Origin: Lepidodermella squamata
Lineage: Eukaryota > Animalia > Gastrotricha
Direction of reading: 5' to 3'
Assembly: GCA_047495785.1 (NCBI GenBank)
Contig: JBLDXI010000015.1
Location: forward strand, 1,984,001-2,048,000
DNA: 64,000 nt
In this document: positions 60,301 to 64,000 of the stretch, in pieces
Layout: each line of letters begins with the position of its first letter
How positions within the stretch are numbered: position 1 is the stretch's first letter
The notes under the pieces: generated by a model
Databases searched by the model: none
What the model was told of the DNA's origin: nothing
What the model saw: only the letters and a program-made list of their open reading frames with translations
Translations under genes and position numbers: made by a program

Positions 60301-62497
60301 AGGTGTTCAAACCTCGCGATCAAGCCCTGCCTGCGATTATTCAAGACCAAGACTCGGCAACTGGTTCCCGTGAGCGTCTGCAAATGAAATGGGTGTACGG
60401 CTGCCGGGCAAATGATTGCCGCAACAGCCTTCATATTTTAGCGAATGGAGATCTGGTTTATTTCATGGCTAATATTGCGATTCTATACAACCCGAACGCT
60501 CATTCTCAGCGATTTTACCGCGGCCACTCCGACGAGATCAGATGGTAAGTCGATATGGAAAACTGAAAAATTTGTGGAATTTTTTTATTTCTCTAGTATG
60601 AACATTCACCCAAACAAACGTTTCATCGTCGCAACGGGGCAAAATGGCTACGACGAGACACTCGAATACAAACCGTCGAAACAGGCCGTAATCCGAGTAT
60701 GGCGCGGGGACACCCTGGAAACCGTTTCCGTGCTCGGGGGCGGAATGATGGTCCGTTCCATTCTCTGCATCGCCTTCCACCCTGAGAAGGACCTAGTCGC
60801 AGCTTGCGACGCTGGACCCTCAAAGTACGTCTGTGTATGGGACTTCCTCAAAGGCACCTGTATGACGTCACACCAAATCAAGGCTGAACTCATCTGCGAC
60901 ATGGCTTTCAACCCAAAAACGCCTGAACTACTTGTCACAGCTGGGAAGGACCATTTGACATGGTGGAAGATCAACCCCGAAGTTGGGACATTCGTCCATT
61001 TCCACGACGCGAATTACGGATCGAACCAGCGGCCAAAGTACGTGATTTGTCTCTGCTTCACCGAAAAGGGAGATTTGGTAACCGGCGATTCAAACGGGAA
61101 CATCTACGTTTGGCCAAATGGATCCAGCCAAATTTCAAATTCGATAAGAAACGCGCATGACTCTTCGGTATATTGCGTGACTATTGTTCGCGGATCTTTG
61201 ATCTCTAGCGGCCGTGATGGTATGGTCTACAACTGGCAATGGTCGAACAAAATGGAAAAAGTTGGCGACCTCAAAATGCCAGATTCCGAGGGCGCGGCAA
61301 GGACTGTGGTTGCCCGAGAACGGCATCTGATTTTCGCGACTACAACCAACTCGATTTTAACAGCAGCTATTTCCCCTGGGCAGTACCCGTTGACTCTAGC
61401 AAAATTAAACGCAATGGCTGTTACCCAGGGTCATTTCGACGCTCTACACGGGCTGGCCATACCAAGGGTCGGGAACTTCTTCTTCACAGCTGGAGGAGAT
61501 GGTATACTTCTCCTTTTCGATGCGACGAAGTGCCGACCGATTTTCAAATACATTGTCCCGATTGGAGGGATAGGTCGCTTGAAGAACAATCAAAATAACA
61601 GCGATAACGAAAGCACCAGATCGGCTACTCACTTCGAGAGCTTCGTCGCTTCTGACATTACCGCGGACGCTAGAGCTTTTGCTTTGGGCACGAAAGACGC
61701 TGTTCTTATGATCCTCCGCTTACGCAATGAAGAGCTTGTGGAGGAGTATAATGAGCCGTTAGATGTTGTCAAAATTAGCATCATACGATTCAGCCGGGAT
61801 GCGAAATTCCTTGCCGTAGGATCTTCGAAGGGCGAGGTTCTCATTTTCCGTCGCGAACACGGAGATGAGGGTGACCCGAGTTGGGAACAATTGGGCGTTT
61901 GTTACCAGGTAATTCAATCATACAATCAAATCGAATTTTATTTGATAATTATGCAGCCTGGAACAATGCCTGGAACTTTGGTCACGAGCGTACCTTTGGC
62001 AGTTACCTCAATCGATTGGTCCGTCGATCTCATAAATGAATTCTACATGTTCCGAGTCAGCTATCACAATACAGAATATGCCATTTGTAAGTACTTCGTT
62101 TCTATAATTCAATCTTAATATTAGTCTTCCTTTATCAGTTAACGCGAACACTTGCACCGCGATCAGCCCTGCTGATGCAGCCGACTTCAAATGGGCGACC
62201 AACACTTGCTTGCTAGCTTGGGACCGCTGCGGCGTATTTGAGCATAAGGCAACGCGGGAAGCAGGCGTTCGCCAGATAGATGTCCATCCAACGAAGCACA
62301 GCTGCCTCGTCGTCAGCGATTACACAACAAACAAGCTCACTCTTTTCCGCTACCCAATGATGAAAGCTGATCAGCCAGGTCTGGCTTACCCAGCTACTCT
62401 GGAAATTTCAAGCGTCCGTTTCACTGCGATCGGAGATTATGTGATAACGGTCGGCGGGAAAGACTCGTCGATCATTCAATGGAAGGTTGTTCACTGA
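57311..62497 (+). CDS. EML/EMAP-like protein (HELP motif + WD40) with N-terminal EF-hand-like region
   Basis: LQMKWVYGCRANDCRNSLHIL...LVYF...QRFYRGH (HELP), IVATGQ, LVTGDSNG, QGHF, VITVGGKDSSIIQW; DREKSGLL and QGKVKWNEFI resemble EF-hand loops; multi-exon, start inferred. Confidence 0.85.
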
Positions 62498-62673
62498 AAA
62501 ATAATCAAACTGAAAACGCCAACACGCAAAATCTATTGTGAACCCTATTCTTTTAGTTTGCTGTCTTTCTCCTCCTTTTTCGGTCAGAGATGAATTTTAT
62601 TTTAGATTTTACTATACTTCAAACCATGACGCACCAAAAATTGTGATATTATATTTTCGAATAAAATAATCTG

Positions 62674-63200
62674 TCACGTTGGAACACATATTGGTGGAGG
62701 GCCGTCCCATGATAACGTCGTGTTTCCTTTGCATTTCATGACATTTTGCCCATTCAGTCGATAGCCACGGTCGCAGTCGTTGAATTGAACGTACCAATCT
62801 CTGCCGCATCTGTTCTCTTGAGCATCGCAGCCCATTGTTAGAGCTATAGAGCCATGTTTAGGTGCTGGTGGAATTTCGCAGCCAACGCATCTCGGAGGGG
62901 ATGGGTAGTCCCAGGCCACAGACTCGTTATTCCTACCAACCCCTCTACAGGTAAGTCGAGTTGGGCCGATTGGTGAGTAACCCAAATGGCAAGCGAATTG
63001 AACGAAACCGTCATCTCTTGCACATTTTTTCGTCGTAACATTACAGCCAATTCCGACGTAGTCATACGATGCATGCTCGGGCGGTGACATCAGGTCACAT
63101 GTCAGACATCTCGGTTGGGGACTACTCCAAGCTAAGGTTGTGTTGGTACCTTCGCAAGTAATTTTTGTCGGACCGGTAGGCCCGTAACCAGTATCGCAAT
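62674..63200 (-). CDS. sushi/CCP-domain protein, 3' exon (5' exons unresolved)
   Basis: CDTGY...G...ITC...WSSPQPRC; PPEH...CHLGY...W..P.P.C; PPAPKHG...CDRGYRLNG...C...WDGPPPIC. Confidence 0.78.
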
Positions 63201-64000
63201 CTATTGTGTATTGATAACCCCATAGACAATAATACAAGATCGGAAACTTACAGTTCTCATATAAGCCGCTTTTACACTACAAACACATATGTATTTCTGA
63301 CTGTTCATAGTAATTAAGTCTACACAGCAGTATTAGGTGTTGCGCAATCGCCGCAAGCGATGAAAATGCCAAATTAAACAACTAATAAACGAATGATTCA
63401 CGGAAGGAGGTACCCTTATTATGGAATTAAATGCTAAGCTGTAAATCTAATAATTTTTAATTTGTATTGAAACTAAACAATTTGATTTTTAAATTAAATA
63501 GTATACAAGGACTCCGGCGCGCAAATTTTAAGCGTCCCGCCATTTTGCGGTCCTTGCTCCAAGTTTAGATGGTTTATACGCGGTTTTGACAACGAAGCTT
63601 CCCCTGCGACTTCAGTTAGTGTAACTCTCCTAGCTACGTTCTAAGGAGATCCTAGCCGGTGATTTGCCTCTATAGATCATCTATACTCTTGACTCATCTG
63701 CTTCCGGCTTTAGCATTCAGAGACTTGCAAGACTTACACGTCACACGTCTCATGGAAGCTATGGAGTGCGAAGTAGCAACTACTCTATTGTTCTACTCAT
63801 GCATACCCCTTCTTTACCTCACACTATCTAATAGATTGGATGATGCTGCGTTGTAAGCTGTCTCACGCTTATAGTCTCACGTAGTTGTTGCCGTTGTTTA
63901 GTTGATTAGACTCCTGATCTTTAACTCCAAAACTCCATCTTTATCTTACTCAGCACCTGTGGCAATATTGATCTCTAAATTTGCTACGTCTCACTGCTCT

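Overview
Gene-dense eukaryotic (invertebrate animal, probably spiralian) genomic DNA with many ~45-60 nt GT-AG introns. Protein genes: a kinase + ankyrin-repeat gene, a secreted chitin-binding/LamG (Pif-like) gene, three miniature type IV-like collagen chains, flightless-I, two orphan ORFs, a large PAN/F5-8C/LamG lectin-like gene, a soluble acetylcholine-binding-protein-like gene, a catalytically dead DEDD exonuclease-like gene, an SLC45-family transporter, an EML-like HELP/WD40 gene and a sushi-domain gene. The dominant non-coding structure is a fixed-order tRNA cassette, Ser(TGA, opposite strand)-Arg(CCG)-Thr(TGT)-Met(CAT)-Glu(TTC)-Val(CAC)-Ala(TGC)-Val(TAC). It occurs as 8 dispersed, partial copies (A-F, H, I) plus a lone Ala (G), about 47 tRNA genes/pseudogenes in total, in both orientations, between genes and inside introns. 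Also present: a 5'-truncated RTE-type LINE with an 11-bp TSD, a second RTE remnant, a TA-flanked CCGTA-TIR DNA element inside one cassette, a foldback MITE and a hairpin-rich element with GCGAAGC motifs. Exon models were read by eye and are unverified by RNA data; the organism cannot be identified from the sequence alone.
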